Below are positions 26,416 through 35,368 of a DNA stretch of 62,446 nt, piece by piece; within the stretch, counting starts at the first letter, position 1; the number at the start of each line of letters is the position of its first letter. The notes under the pieces were generated by a model. That model worked only from the letters and a program-made list of their open reading frames with translations, was not told where the DNA came from and did not search any database. The position numbers were made by a program, and so were the translations under genes. Source of the DNA: Candidatus Micrarchaeota archaeon (GTDB taxonomy: Archaea > Micrarchaeota > Micrarchaeia > Micrarchaeales > CABMGC01); the NCBI GenBank assembly GCA_021791245.1, contig JAJYWY010000003.1, positions 1-62,446 of the forward strand, read 5' to 3'.

Positions 26416-27516
26416 TCAGTACACGAGATGCAACATCCTCTTTAGCATTAGTGTTGGCCTGTCCATATCGCCTTTTTCGCTCAGCAGCCTCTCGATCCCA
26501 ATACGCTTCATCAGCTTCATAGTGTTTGACATCTGCTTCACAGACATGTTTGAGTACAGCCAATGGGCCAGTGAGTGCATCCTAAAGTCATTCATGAAAT
26601 CTCTTCTCCATTCCTGCTCGTACTTTGCAAGGGAGCATCTGCCTTCAGTGTAGGCTTTGACAGCATGTGCAGCCTTTAGCGCAGCGCTGCCGCCGAATAT
26701 TATTCCGCCCCCAGTCGTAGGCTTTACATGTCCTGCTGCGTCCCCTATAAGCAGAACTTCATTCTTTTCATCGACAAACCTTCTCCTGAGCCCTATGGGT
26801 ATGACGCTTGCCCATCCTGATCTCATTTTCGCATTGCCCATTACTTCTTGTATTCTCGAATCTGCTATGAACATGTCAAATGCCTTCTTGCTGTTTCCGT
26901 AAGCTCTGTCTATGCCAAGGCCCACTTCTATAATGTCTTTAGACTCTGCAGCTATCCATCCAAAGAATCCAGGCATGCCTTTCCTGTCGAAAAACAGTTT
27001 CACTACTGAATTATCTTCTAATATTGCGCCTTCATATTCGGCCCTGTAAGTAAGTATCTGATCTCCATATGAATGAAACCTGAATGCCCTTGCAACCTCC
27101 GAGTTGAATCCGTCTGCGCCTACTATTATATGCTCTTTCGATAGCGAAAGTATATCCTCAGTATTCAGTCTTTTCCCTGTCTTAATCTCGATGCCTGCAT
27201 CCTTGCACTCATTAAGCAGCCTCCTGTTTAGCTCGGTCCTGTTTATCGCATAAGCCTGTGGATGCTGTGACTTTATGTGCATTACCTCCTTTCCGCAGTA
27301 TATATCTGCGCCATAGAATATGTTGCCTGCCATATTCCCATAATCAAGACCTATAGATTTAAGGCCGTTTATGGATATTATGCCAGATGCCCTTGCAGGA
27401 TTTCCAGGCGCCGGGTTCTGGTCGTAGACCTCTACCTCAAGGCCAAGATCCCCTGCTTTTTTTGCGAATATCAAACCGGCAGTTCCGGCACCTATAACGA
27501 TTATTTTTTTCTTCAT
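26416..27516 (-). CDS. geranylgeranyl reductase family flavoprotein (digeranylgeranylglycerophospholipid reductase-like)
   Basis: MKKKIIVIGAGTAGLIFAKKAGDLGLEVEVYD is the GxGxxG FAD motif. It also contains IVGADGFNSEV and LLIGDAAGHVKPTTGGGI. Confidence 0.85.
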   Translation of the reverse strand: MKKKIIVIGAGTAGLIFAKKAGDLGLEVEVYDQNPAPGNPARASGIISINGLKSIGLDYGNMAGNIFYGADIYCGKEVMHIKSQHPQAYAINRTELNRRLLNECKDAGIEIKTGKRLNTEDILSLSKEHIIVGADGFNSEVARAFRFHSYGDQILTYRAEYEGAILEDNSVVKLFFDRKGMPGFFGWIAAESKDIIEVGLGIDRAYGNSKKAFDMFIADSRIQEVMGNAKMRSGWASVIPIGLRRRFVDEKNEVLLIGDAAGHVKPTTGGGIIFGGSAALKAAHAVKAYTEGRCSLAKYEQEWRRDFMNDFRMHSLAHWLYSNMSVKQMSNTMKLMKRIGIERLLSEKGDMDRPTLMLKRMLHLVY

Positions 27517-27543
27517 AGAAGCAGTGAATGTATATTGGGTAAA

Positions 27544-28893
27544 CTATTTAAAAAACCTGACCTTGACTGCCGGCTTGTGCTCGACTTCTCTCAAGGTATA
27601 GTATATCAGTATAGCAAGTAGCACGACAACTATGCCGCTTGCAAGCGCTACCTCCGGGAATCCGAAGAAGAACGCTATAAGCAGGAGCATTCCTGCAATA
27701 GGCAGATATGGAAAGAGAGGCGCTTCGAATATATCTTCTACATGCACATTCATCCTTTTCAGCTCTTTTCTTATATATACAAGATGGTAATTATTCCTCA
27801 TCATTCTCAACTTTATAAATGCGAATCCAGTAAGCAGATATCCTAATAAGAGGCCGAAGTTGCTTATTGCGGCAACTATGTATATGTTGTTGAATCCAAG
27901 GAAGAGCATGCTGAAAAATGCGGTTATTATTATGGAATTAATAGGGGTTTTGCTTCCCTTATGGGTCTTAAGGAAATGCGGCAGCAATCCGTCTTTTGAC
28001 ATCTGGTATACAAGCATTGAGCCGCCCAGCAGCATGCCTAGGCTTGCAGATGTGGTCGCAACCACAGCGGCTATCCCGATAAGTATGAAAAGCCAGTAAG
28101 GAGCCCCGCTTGACGTAAGTGCGAAGTTAAGGGGATCAGCTCTGCCTGTGTATTGCAGGGGATTGGCTAATGATATCATCGACCCGGTCACAAGAACATA
28201 CAATATGCCGCTTATCACTACTGAAAGTATTATCGCTTTTGCCGCGGTTCTTCCTCCGCCTTCTATATCAGGGGTTATTGAGGATATTGTCTGGAATCCT
28301 GCATATGCAAACATGGCTATCACGCTGGCAGAGAAGATCCCTCCAGCGCCCTTGGATAAAAATCCCGTAAACCTGGTGCCGCTCCAGTTTCCGATATAAA
28401 ATGCAAACAGGATAAATACTATAAGGGCTAGCACTTTGAAGGACACGAGCAATATGTCTGTTTCTGCTGCTTTTCCTGTGCCTTTTGCTATCAAAATAGA
28501 CAAAATCACTATTATCAATATTGAAAAAAGCTGCGCATATGCTGAGGAGCTTATCCCAAGCAGCGAGGCGAAATATGAGCCGAAGCCTATTGCTATTGCA
28601 GCCGCGGATGCGGTAAACGCAAGGTACATCAGTATTCCGCATACGAAGCCTAACTCGCTCCCGAATGCCTGGTATGTAAATGAGTATGTCGCACCACGCT
28701 CATGCGGCATCTCGCTTGACAATTCCCCCATCTCTAGCGCTATAATGGCTGCGGCTATCCCTGTTATTATGAATGCTATGAGGGCGCCTGTTCCAGCAAG
28801 GTTTATCGTCACGCCGCTTAGTACGAATATGCCCGCACCTATTATTGCGCCCAATCCTATTGCAGTTGCCCCCCATAACCCTATTTTCTTCAT
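27544..28893 (-). CDS. APC-superfamily amino acid permease
   Basis: 449 aa with about 12 TM segments. The N-terminal GLWGATAIGLGAIIGAGIFVLSG is the APC signature. Confidence 0.8.
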   Translation of the reverse strand: MKKIGLWGATAIGLGAIIGAGIFVLSGVTINLAGTGALIAFIITGIAAAIIALEMGELSSEMPHERGATYSFTYQAFGSELGFVCGILMYLAFTASAAAIAIGFGSYFASLLGISSSAYAQLFSILIIVILSILIAKGTGKAAETDILLVSFKVLALIVFILFAFYIGNWSGTRFTGFLSKGAGGIFSASVIAMFAYAGFQTISSITPDIEGGGRTAAKAIILSVVISGILYVLVTGSMISLANPLQYTGRADPLNFALTSSGAPYWLFILIGIAAVVATTSASLGMLLGGSMLVYQMSKDGLLPHFLKTHKGSKTPINSIIITAFFSMLFLGFNNIYIVAAISNFGLLLGYLLTGFAFIKLRMMRNNYHLVYIRKELKRMNVHVEDIFEAPLFPYLPIAGMLLLIAFFFGFPEVALASGIVVVLLAILIYYTLREVEHKPAVKVRFFK

Positions 28894-28997
28894 ATTAGTA
28901 TAACAGGGATAAAGCTTTTAAAATCAGGCTGGTTTATGCAAATTATGCGATTAATATAAATACTCTGGAATCCATAATAAAATATGATGGCGATGCA

Positions 28998-29504
28998 ATG
29001 GCAACTAAAATAAAACCGAACGAAAAGGCAATAGAAAATGTTGTTTTTAGAGTAGATGGCATTGAGAAGAAAGATCTTTCCGGCATCTCTCCGGCGGTTG
29101 CAAGAGTAGAGATGGAATGCCGAAGCACAAAATTCGACAGCAATATAAAACTGCCACTGGTAAGAATAGGCAGTACAGGGGCATGGAAAATTGATGGAAC
29201 AATAACAAAGGATACGCTGTCCGCAATATCAGATGCGGAGGAACTGAATCTTGTGAAGAAGGCGCGTGTAAACATAGGCATTGAAAATGGACCTATTGCA
29301 GAGATAGGAACTATGACCTCATTCAATGCCCCTGGAATGGAGGTCAGCAGGATAAAGAGCGACTGGAAGCACTGGAAGATAGAAGCTGGAACAAGAAACA
29401 ACGCTGAAAAGCTTAAGGGAAAATTGCCAGGGTGCATTACGGAAATCGAATTTTATGAGAAGGAAGGGGCAAAGTTAAAAATCATTCCGGCAAGCAGCAC
29501 ATAA
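28998..29504 (+). CDS. hypothetical protein, paralogue of 30466..30942
   Basis: Shared blocks: GAWKIDGTITKDTLSAISDAEELNLVKKARVNIGIENG vs GAWEILGTVSPDALNAIDAEFLEIRQAKLEIEVNG, and KLPGCITEIEFYEKEGAK vs SLPKCVIEAEVYAKSYTEGAK. Confidence 0.6.
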   Translation: MATKIKPNEKAIENVVFRVDGIEKKDLSGISPAVARVEMECRSTKFDSNIKLPLVRIGSTGAWKIDGTITKDTLSAISDAEELNLVKKARVNIGIENGPIAEIGTMTSFNAPGMEVSRIKSDWKHWKIEAGTRNNAEKLKGKLPGCITEIEFYEKEGAKLKIIPASST

Positions 29505-29607
29505 AATGATAAGGGTATGAGCCACGAAAAGAAAAACCAATAGGTTAATAAAAAGGCAATGAACATAACAAAGGCGCAATATTCAGAAAAGAAAAACAGG
29601 TAAGATA

Positions 29608-30411
29608 ATGGAAAAACAAAATCATAAAGACGATATAACAGTGAAACATATTGCAGATGCAAGAAGAAAGTCGGAGGGCGAAGACAGCCCTGATGGCATA
29701 GAATACAAAAAAACTAATAAAATCACAGCGAATGCAGAGGCATTGCTTCTATTATTCGAGGAAGCACCAGGAAATTTTAGTTTCTCCCTTGATAATTATA
29801 GTAGTTTTGGAAATGTAGATCTTTCCAAAGCGTCAGCAATGCTTGAAGGATTAGACTATACAATAGAAGACATAGAATTCATCTGCCCGTTAATTGCTTA
29901 CTCTTACAAGAAGAAATGTTATGCTTCTAAGAATCTTAATTTTCTTCGAGAGAAGGATTTGAAAGAGGCTATAGGCATCTTCCTCTCCGCGGCAATCAAC
30001 AAAATAATCAAGAAAACAGACACGGTAAACATTTATTTATTAGGCATCGAAGTAGATTACCTTGGTTCTTATCTTCCTTGCGGCAATCTAATAATTCACG
30101 GCAATGTGGGCAAGATGACTGGCACCTGTATGGAGAACGGCATCATAATAATTGAAGGCAATGCTGGCACTAATACTGGCCACCAGATGAAGAACGGCAT
30201 CATAATAATTGAAGGCAATGCTGGCATTAATACTGGCTGCTTCATGAGTGAAGGCACCATCATAGTCGGAGGCAATGTAGGCGATTTTACTGGTGAATTG
30301 TCTTATGGCGGGAAGATAGATGTTTATGGAAAGATAACAACTGTATGGGGCATAGGCCAAGATGCAAGGGCTGCAATCTTCTGCAAGGGAAAAAGAGTAA
30401 ATAATCAGTGA
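29608..30411 (+). CDS. GXGXG-motif beta-helix protein (GltB C-terminal / FwdC-like repeat domain)
   Basis: LIIHGNVGKMTGTCMENGIIIIEGNAGTNTGHQMKNGIIIIEGNAGINTGCFMSEGTIIVGGNVGDFTGELSYGGKIDVYG shows repeated G-N-x-G-x-x-x-G turns, as in the glutamate synthase alpha-subunit C-terminal domain and formylmethanofuran dehydrogenase subunit C. Confidence 0.65.
   Translation: MEKQNHKDDITVKHIADARRKSEGEDSPDGIEYKKTNKITANAEALLLLFEEAPGNFSFSLDNYSSFGNVDLSKASAMLEGLDYTIEDIEFICPLIAYSYKKKCYASKNLNFLREKDLKEAIGIFLSAAINKIIKKTDTVNIYLLGIEVDYLGSYLPCGNLIIHGNVGKMTGTCMENGIIIIEGNAGTNTGHQMKNGIIIIEGNAGINTGCFMSEGTIIVGGNVGDFTGELSYGGKIDVYGKITTVWGIGQDARAAIFCKGKRVNNQ
30130..30237 (+). repeat. 57-bp-period tandem duplication inside the GXGXG gene
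   Basis: 30130-30180 and 30187-30237 (atgRagaacggcatcataataattgaaggcaatgctggcaYtaatactggc) differ at 2 of 51 positions. This equals one duplicated 19-aa beta-helix turn. Confidence 0.85.
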
Positions 30412-30465
30412 AACAATGGAGCAGCAAAGGCGGAAAAACAATGTTTAGACTAAGCATTTGATATC

Positions 30466-30942
30466 ATGGAAATACTACCAACTCGGAATAAAGAAGAGAA
30501 GAATGCACTTATTGTCAGGACGGAATCAGATTTAGAAAAGCTGGCAAAGTACCATCCTTTGGACAAGTATGCGGATCTCGTATACAAAACGCATGATGGC
30601 GTGATCCATAGAAGGATTAGCAAAATGAACAACGGGGCATGGGAGATTCTTGGTACGGTTTCTCCGGATGCATTAAACGCCATTGATGCAGAATTCTTAG
30701 AGATAAGGCAGGCAAAGCTTGAGATTGAAGTTAATGGGAGAGAGCCTTTGAGCATGCTTGTGAATAAATCTGCAGGCTTGAAATGGAGAATATCAAAACC
30801 CGTAACAGAAGAAATTTTCAGCATGATAAAAGACAGCTTGCCCAAATGCGTAATAGAGGCTGAAGTTTATGCAAAGAGCTACACAGAAGGCGCAAAGCAT
30901 GCCGTATATGTAAGGAAGAAAGGGGACTGGGCTCCGCGCTAG
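30466..30942 (+). CDS. hypothetical protein, paralogue of 28998..29504
   Basis: See 28998..29504; 158 aa. Confidence 0.6.
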   Translation: MEILPTRNKEEKNALIVRTESDLEKLAKYHPLDKYADLVYKTHDGVIHRRISKMNNGAWEILGTVSPDALNAIDAEFLEIRQAKLEIEVNGREPLSMLVNKSAGLKWRISKPVTEEIFSMIKDSLPKCVIEAEVYAKSYTEGAKHAVYVRKKGDWAPR

Positions 30943-30969
30943 AGATAATGCTTGTGATCGCAGATATTT

Positions 30970-31022
30970 TTGACAACGTGAGCAGGAAATCCCAAACCAT
31001 TTATGGGCGGGATGAGGGCGAA
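30970..31022. repeat. conserved 53-nt intergenic element, copy B
   Basis: ttgacaacgtgagcaggaaatcccaaaccatttatgggcgggatgagggcgaac. See copy A at 24871-24923. Confidence 0.7.
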
Positions 31023-31109
31023 CCGCAATTGCAGCAAAACAAATGGCAAAATAAATAACAAGGTATTTAAAAGTTCGATTCTTAGTATAAGCTGTTTTCT
31101 GTGATATAA

Positions 31110-34100
31110 TTGCTTGAGGCATTAATACTAGGATTCATATCTATAATAGTGCCAGGGTTCTTCCTAGCACTAGCCCTGCTTAAGAAGACGAAGCTGCCAA
31201 TGTTCGAAATAGTTATAATGGGTTTCATCTTCGGACTTATATTTCCGCCAACAATGATCTGGCTGGAGGCATACCTAATAAACATTTCACATTTCTTTGC
31301 ATACTCCGAGGCCCTATATAACATAAATATAATAGTGCTTACGATAATAGGCGTTGCGCTCTGCTTCCAGCAGAAGGCATTCGATTTCGACACTAAAAAT
31401 CTTTTCCATCCATTCTCCAGGAACTCAGATGCAAAGTCAATGGCTTCCGAGGCAAAGATAGATATCGAGGTAATAAACAGGCACAAGAAAGAAGAAAACG
31501 ACCTGAAGAAAAGGCATGCTTCGGAGCTTGAACTTATAAATGACCCTGAACAGCGTTCGCGCGTAATGCAGCTTCACAATGACGAAGAAGAAAGGCTGCG
31601 CAGGGAGCATGAACAAGAAGAAGAGATGCTGCTCCAGAGCGTAAAGGAGAACGAGAGAAAGAAACCGTTCCTCAAGTCCGAGGCTTTCGTATTTGCAGTG
31701 CTTTTTGCCATAATGCTGATAACATTCTTCACCAGGATGGCTAGCATAGGCATTGCGCCGCATTTCTTCGAGTTCGATCCTTATTTCGACATGCAGAGCA
31801 CCACGTATATACTTACTTTTGGGCAGCAGCTCCTGCTCGAACACTCGGCATGGCCTACGCTTGTTGCAGGCACGGCGCATACAATACAGCCCATAGTGCC
31901 GTACCTAGAGGCATACTGGTATGACTTGGCGGCAGGGGTCGGAAATGGTGCATTAAACACCACTCTCCTCAGCGACGTAGGCTCCTTTTATCCTCCAATA
32001 ACAGCTGCGCTTCTTGTATTTGTAGTGTTTATGCTGCTTTACCATGATTACGGAAAACTGCCTGGGCTTCTAGGCGCTGCGCTTGTTGCAGGCATGCCTG
32101 CGCTAATAACAACGTTCATAGCAGGAGAGCAGCTGCTGGAGCCATGGGGGATATTCGCCATGTTCTTCTTCTACGCGACTTACCTTCTTGCGGTGCGGAA
32201 TCCAAAAGAATGGCGCTTCGCAGTTCTTGCAGGAATAGCGTTCGCGTCTAATTTCCTCGGGGCGCATTATTTCACAGTCACCACAGGGGTATTTGCAGCA
32301 TACATCTTAGTTCAGGGGCTCATAAATGTATTCAGGAAGAAGCGTGATATGAAGGAATTCTATATGATGAATATAATAGTGCTTGCCGTTATAACGGTCT
32401 TCTACATATTATACGCACCATACGGAGCTACCCTGTCCCAAAGCATATCCTCGATACTTTTTGTGCCCATCATAATAGCATTCCCATTGTTTGCACTCGT
32501 ATTCGTTGCACTCCTCGACTTCATACCGAAATATATGCAAGAACGGAAGATTATAAACAGTGTTGATATATTCACGCAGCTTGGCCTTCTTCTTGTTTTC
32601 GCATTGATAGCCGTACTTCTGATATTATTCACCCCTATTGGAAAGCCAATAAAGGCTTACGTAGCGCTTAGCGCGCATTACACTACGCCATCAATACCTT
32701 TGTTTATGACAGTGCAGGAATATGAGCCTACGGGAATAACATACAACTTCGGAGCACAGGGATTCGGTTATATAGGAGAAAGCATAGGAGGCATACCGAT
32801 AATAATATGGCTTGTGCTCGCTTTATTCACGGTGCTCGCACTTCTATCCATATACTACCAAAAATCAGATTCCAGCGTGCTTTACTTCGCTATGATAATA
32901 CCGCTTGCGGTTGCAGGCATGACAGAAGTCAAGTACCTTCCGCACTTCGGGGTTGGATACATAATAGCTATAGGCGTAATAGTAGGGATAATAATAGAGA
33001 TAGCCAAGCATGACTTCAAGCTCAACTTCAAGCTAGGTTCTCCAGGCTCATTCGATACGCACAAACTCGCAGAGAGGCTGATAATGGCGCTTGTATTCTT
33101 CCTGCTTATCATAGGGTTCCTTCCTTCCATGACATCGATAGTGTCTGCTGCCGCAAATCCGAACTGCAGTTCTATACTGAATAATAGCAACGGGCTTGGA
33201 TACACGCTATACTGCACTACTGTGCCAAACTACTGGATAAATGCTACTACATGGATGAGAGAGAATATAGGGCCTTACGCCCCAAGGATACTATCATGGT
33301 GGGATTATGGGGACTGGATAAACTGGTTCGGGAACAGCAATGCAGTGCTAAGGGGAGACAATGCCGTGGCTACTCTGGATTATGCGACGGCCGCGCAGTA
33401 TGTATTCAGCCCTGTTGACGGATACGGCCCTTCCACTCTTGCAAACTTCATGAACAAGATGCAGGCGCAATACGTGCTTTTCGACAACCAGTTGCAGCAG
33501 AAATGGGAGGCGCTTGATTTCCTTGCGTGCATAGACGTTAACCAGACTTCCATGGCATATGCTACGCAGCAAGGGAGCGCACAGGGCGTTCCTTACTTGT
33601 TAGGCACTTCTGCATGCGAGACAAGCCATGATCCGGTGTATGCACTTATACCAGTTACGCCAAGCAGCGTAAATGCATACTGCAACAACTTTGCGAACGG
33701 CACTGCAATACAGGCATTCCTAACATACGGAAGCAGCATTGAGAACCAGACCTACTGCGTACCCACATCAATTTTCTCCCAGGTCAAACCTGTTCCCATA
33801 TACAGCAGCAATGGAACCAAACTCAACGCGCTGATAATACCTACGCAGCAATTCTTCTACGGCACGGTAAGCTTATATGGGCAGAACTTCGCGGACTTCA
33901 TGGTCATATATACGCCTGGCGCAAACGGCACAATATCTGCCCCAACGCAGTTCTACAACTCTAACTATTACCAGGGATTCATGTTCGGAAAACTAAAGGG
34001 ATATACGCTTGCATATCCTTCCAATTTCTCAGGAATAAACTATATAAACAGCACAAACCCGGTAATGATATTCAGACTCGACAACTATTCTGGGGGCATT

Positions 34101-34157
34101 CCGCCGCACACCCCAAAGCCTTCATGGATAAACAACAACTTCACAGTTCCGGGATGA
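31110..34157 (+). CDS. aglB: oligosaccharyltransferase AglB (STT3 family) with N-terminal extension
   Basis: ILSWWDYGDWINW is the WWDYG catalytic motif, and HFFEFDPYFDMQST is the first-loop DxD-type motif (efDPYfnyR-like). There are about 13 or more TM segments and a sequon-rich C-terminal globular domain. TTG start. Confidence 0.9.
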   Translation: MLEALILGFISIIVPGFFLALALLKKTKLPMFEIVIMGFIFGLIFPPTMIWLEAYLINISHFFAYSEALYNINIIVLTIIGVALCFQQKAFDFDTKNLFHPFSRNSDAKSMASEAKIDIEVINRHKKEENDLKKRHASELELINDPEQRSRVMQLHNDEEERLRREHEQEEEMLLQSVKENERKKPFLKSEAFVFAVLFAIMLITFFTRMASIGIAPHFFEFDPYFDMQSTTYILTFGQQLLLEHSAWPTLVAGTAHTIQPIVPYLEAYWYDLAAGVGNGALNTTLLSDVGSFYPPITAALLVFVVFMLLYHDYGKLPGLLGAALVAGMPALITTFIAGEQLLEPWGIFAMFFFYATYLLAVRNPKEWRFAVLAGIAFASNFLGAHYFTVTTGVFAAYILVQGLINVFRKKRDMKEFYMMNIIVLAVITVFYILYAPYGATLSQSISSILFVPIIIAFPLFALVFVALLDFIPKYMQERKIINSVDIFTQLGLLLVFALIAVLLILFTPIGKPIKAYVALSAHYTTPSIPLFMTVQEYEPTGITYNFGAQGFGYIGESIGGIPIIIWLVLALFTVLALLSIYYQKSDSSVLYFAMIIPLAVAGMTEVKYLPHFGVGYIIAIGVIVGIIIEIAKHDFKLNFKLGSPGSFDTHKLAERLIMALVFFLLIIGFLPSMTSIVSAAANPNCSSILNNSNGLGYTLYCTTVPNYWINATTWMRENIGPYAPRILSWWDYGDWINWFGNSNAVLRGDNAVATLDYATAAQYVFSPVDGYGPSTLANFMNKMQAQYVLFDNQLQQKWEALDFLACIDVNQTSMAYATQQGSAQGVPYLLGTSACETSHDPVYALIPVTPSSVNAYCNNFANGTAIQAFLTYGSSIENQTYCVPTSIFSQVKPVPIYSSNGTKLNALIIPTQQFFYGTVSLYGQNFADFMVIYTPGANGTISAPTQFYNSNYYQGFMFGKLKGYTLAYPSNFSGINYINSTNPVMIFRLDNYSGGIPPHTPKPSWINNNFTVPG

Positions 34158-34205
34158 CCAACTGGTATTTAAGCTGAGAAACCCATTAATCCATAGGTAA
34201 TATAG

Positions 34206-35336
34206 ATGAAGGTACTAATAGCACAACCTTACCTTAACCTTAGAGGGGGCGCGGAAAGGGTGATCCTTGAGATTGCAAAGCACTACGATGCAAAAGTACT
34301 CACAATGGAGTATATAAAGAACTCCACTTTCCCTGAATTTCAGGATGTCGATATAGAGATAATCGGAAAGGACGTGCCTCTTGCCCAGATGCTGCCTTAT
34401 AGAGCGCACCAGGGACTTACTTACGGATACAACTTCTACAACTACAAGGAAACCGAGGATTACGACATAATCAACAGCCACATCTCCCCAAGCGAATGGA
34501 TAAGGCACAAGAACAAGCGCGTACTGTGGTACTGCCATACTCCGCCAAGGGAAGTCTATGACCTTTATACAGAGAGGATGAAAAACAGGAGCACATCAGA
34601 GAAGCTGATATATGCATCCTTCACCAAGGCATACAAGATTATATCGCGCGGAGTAGTTACTGATTTAGAATACATAGCGACAAACAGCAAAAACACGCGC
34701 GACAGGATAAAGAAATACTTCAACAGGGATGCAGCCATAGTAAGCCCCGGCATAGACGCAGGTGAATTCAGGAACAGCGAAGACGGGAAATATTTCCTGT
34801 ATCCTTCAAGAATAGTAGCCAACAAGAGGCAGGATTACGTAATAAATGCATTCAACAGGTTCGTCAGGATATCAGGCAACGAGAACTATAAGCTCGTGCT
34901 TGCAGGTTCGCTCTCGAATAACGATGAACATCACGAATACTACAAGAAGCTTATAAAGATGAAGACGCGGAATATATTGTTCAAGCTCAATGTAGGAGAC
35001 AAGGAGCTTAAAAACCTTTATTCAAACGCAACCGCGGTTCTCTTCGCAGCCATAAACGAGGACTTCGGAATAGTGCCTCTGGAGGCCATGGCGAGCAGCA
35101 AGCCGATAATATCCGTAAATGAGGGCGGGCCTAGGGAAACCATAGTGAATGGAATAACAGGGTATACTGTAGACTCTTATGAAGAGATGGCAGACAGGAT
35201 GAAGTTCATAGTGGAGCATCCATCTATAGCGGAGGAGATGGGCAGGCAGGGGAGGAAGCGCATTGAGAACAACTTCTCATGGAAAGTCTTCTTCAAGAAG
35301 TTCGATGCTCTTGCAAGAAAGGTTGCCGATATGTAG
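34206..35336 (+). CDS. GT4-family (group 1) glycosyltransferase
   Basis: NEDFGIVPLEAMASSKPIISVNEGGPRETI is the EX7E motif region of GT-B retaining glycosyltransferases. Confidence 0.85.
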   Translation: MKVLIAQPYLNLRGGAERVILEIAKHYDAKVLTMEYIKNSTFPEFQDVDIEIIGKDVPLAQMLPYRAHQGLTYGYNFYNYKETEDYDIINSHISPSEWIRHKNKRVLWYCHTPPREVYDLYTERMKNRSTSEKLIYASFTKAYKIISRGVVTDLEYIATNSKNTRDRIKKYFNRDAAIVSPGIDAGEFRNSEDGKYFLYPSRIVANKRQDYVINAFNRFVRISGNENYKLVLAGSLSNNDEHHEYYKKLIKMKTRNILFKLNVGDKELKNLYSNATAVLFAAINEDFGIVPLEAMASSKPIISVNEGGPRETIVNGITGYTVDSYEEMADRMKFIVEHPSIAEEMGRQGRKRIENNFSWKVFFKKFDALARKVADM

Positions 35337-35368
35337 AGGCAATGGCTCCTTGCGCCATGGGATAAAAT

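Noticed and set aside
30130-30237. A tandem repeat that might have been a CRISPR-like or regulatory array.
   Set aside because: There are only two units. It is in frame inside a coding beta-helix repeat, there are no spacers, and no cas genes are present in the window.
24871-31022. The idea that the two 53-nt repeats are att sites (tRNA 3' fragments) bounding a 6.1-kb integrated mobile element. GTGGG-N8-CCCAC-ACCA in copy A looks superficially like a T arm plus acceptor end and shares GGGAAATCCCA with the tRNA-Ser locus.
   Set aside because: The putative T loop (CGGGAAAT) lacks the TTCRANT consensus, and copy B cannot form the stem. The repeats are only about 83% identical. No integrase or mobile gene lies between them, and the bracketed genes include core lipid and transport functions.
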